DNA from: a virus
Lineage: Duplodnaviria > Caudoviricetes
Length of the DNA: 25,868 nt
Virus record (IMG/VR): IMGVR_UViG_3300031991_000105
Location: 1-25,868 of that record
Direction: 5' to 3' (one strand)
The notes under the pieces are model-generated. The model did no database searches, was not told the origin of the DNA, and worked only from the letters and a program-made list of their open reading frames with translations. Made by a program: the position numbers and the translations under genes. Positions within the stretch are counted from its first letter, which is position 1; the number at the start of each line of letters is the position of its first letter. Positions 25,074 through 25,868 of the stretch are shown here, in pieces.

Positions 25074-25868
25074 ATGATTTCCTGCCTCTGCCCGACGTTC
25101 AATCGCTACCCAACACTCCGCTGGCTGTTGGAAGAAGCCGTCGAGTGTTTCTTCGAGCAGGATCATCCCGACAAGGAGCTGCTGATCCTCAACGACACGC
25201 CGGGGCAAACGCTTTCGATCGGCGATTCGCGCGCCGCCGGCCGCGTGCGGATCTTCAATTCGCGGATTCGTTTGCCCGACCTGTCGGCCAAGATCCAGTA
25301 CCTGATCGACCGGGCCGCCGGCGACGTCTTCTGCCGCTGGGACGACGACGACCTGTCGCTGCCGTGGCGGCTGAGCTACTCGCTGGCGCGGCTCGGCGAT
25401 CGCATCGAATGGCGACCGGAAAACTTCTGGTTCGCCAATGGCGCGTCGTCCTCGACGAGTACGTCGCTGCCCTGGCAGGAGGATCATTACCCGGGCAACA
25501 GCCACGTGATGGCCATCTGGCGGCGCGAGGCGCTGGCGGCCATTGGTGGCCGCTACCCGGCTGGTTTCAGCGGCGGCGAGGACCTGACGTTCAACCGCCT
25601 GCTCGCCGAAGCCGGCCACCCGCGCCGCGGCGACATCGTGCCGACACGGGAAATGTTCTACGTCTACCGCTGGGGCACCGGCAGCCGGCACCTGTCGGGA
25701 GTCAGCGACGGCAGCCCGCGCCCGCACCAGGCCCATTGGGATGCGCTCGGCCGGATGCCGATCGAGCAGGGGACGTTCATGATCCGCCCGCGATTTCGCA
25801 ACCATGTACTCGTCGAGTACGACAATGCGAGTCTGCGATCGGCACACTTCCAGGCGGGGGCGCTTTGA
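25074..25868 (+). CDS. Family 2 glycosyltransferase
   Basis: ISCLCPTFNR, ELLILND, GDVFCRWDDDD and GGED motifs. Confidence 0.88.
   Translation: MISCLCPTFNRYPTLRWLLEEAVECFFEQDHPDKELLILNDTPGQTLSIGDSRAAGRVRIFNSRIRLPDLSAKIQYLIDRAAGDVFCRWDDDDLSLPWRLSYSLARLGDRIEWRPENFWFANGASSSTSTSLPWQEDHYPGNSHVMAIWRREALAAIGGRYPAGFSGGEDLTFNRLLAEAGHPRRGDIVPTREMFYVYRWGTGSRHLSGVSDGSPRPHQAHWDALGRMPIEQGTFMIRPRFRNHVLVEYDNASLRSAHFQAGAL

Larger units (their letters stand above)
785..25868 (+). mobile_element. Prophage-derived or GTA-like morphogenesis cluster (right end not visible)
   Basis: Packaging, head, neck and tail genes in canonical order, all on one strand; no integrase, att site, repressor or replication genes in the window. 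Confidence 0.7.

Overview
High-GC bacterial DNA, probably Planctomycetota (inferred from intergenic repeat types and protein style). After a host-type HD-domain hydrolase gene, the window holds a ~25 kb co-oriented phage-like morphogenesis cluster on the + strand. Its order is: permuted NlpC/P60 amidase, secreted trypsin-like protease, hypothetical, holin-like protein, ParB-N protein, ABC-ATPase/Mom-like acetyltransferase, TerS, TerL, portal, an AT-richer two-gene insert, a 62-aa DUF2292-like protein, prohead protease, decoration protein, major capsid, neck proteins, a DNRLRE/tail-terminator fusion, tail tube, two tail-tip/hub-like proteins, a Cys-rich mucin-like poly-Thr protein and two glycosyltransferases. 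No integrase, repressor, replication gene or tape measure gene is visible, and host REP-like repeats fill the spacers, which suggests a domesticated, GTA-like element. Main highlights: (1) a ppGalNAc-T-like enzyme encoded next to a mucin-like virion protein, a candidate mucin-type O-glycosylation system for the particle; (2) a promoter present in three copies plus a duplicated leader RNA/terminator element, with the small leaderless protein as candidate antiterminator; (3) telomere-like TTAGGGG/CCCCTAA heptamer arrays upstream of both glycosyltransferase genes. All family calls come from motif recognition by eye, not from database searches.
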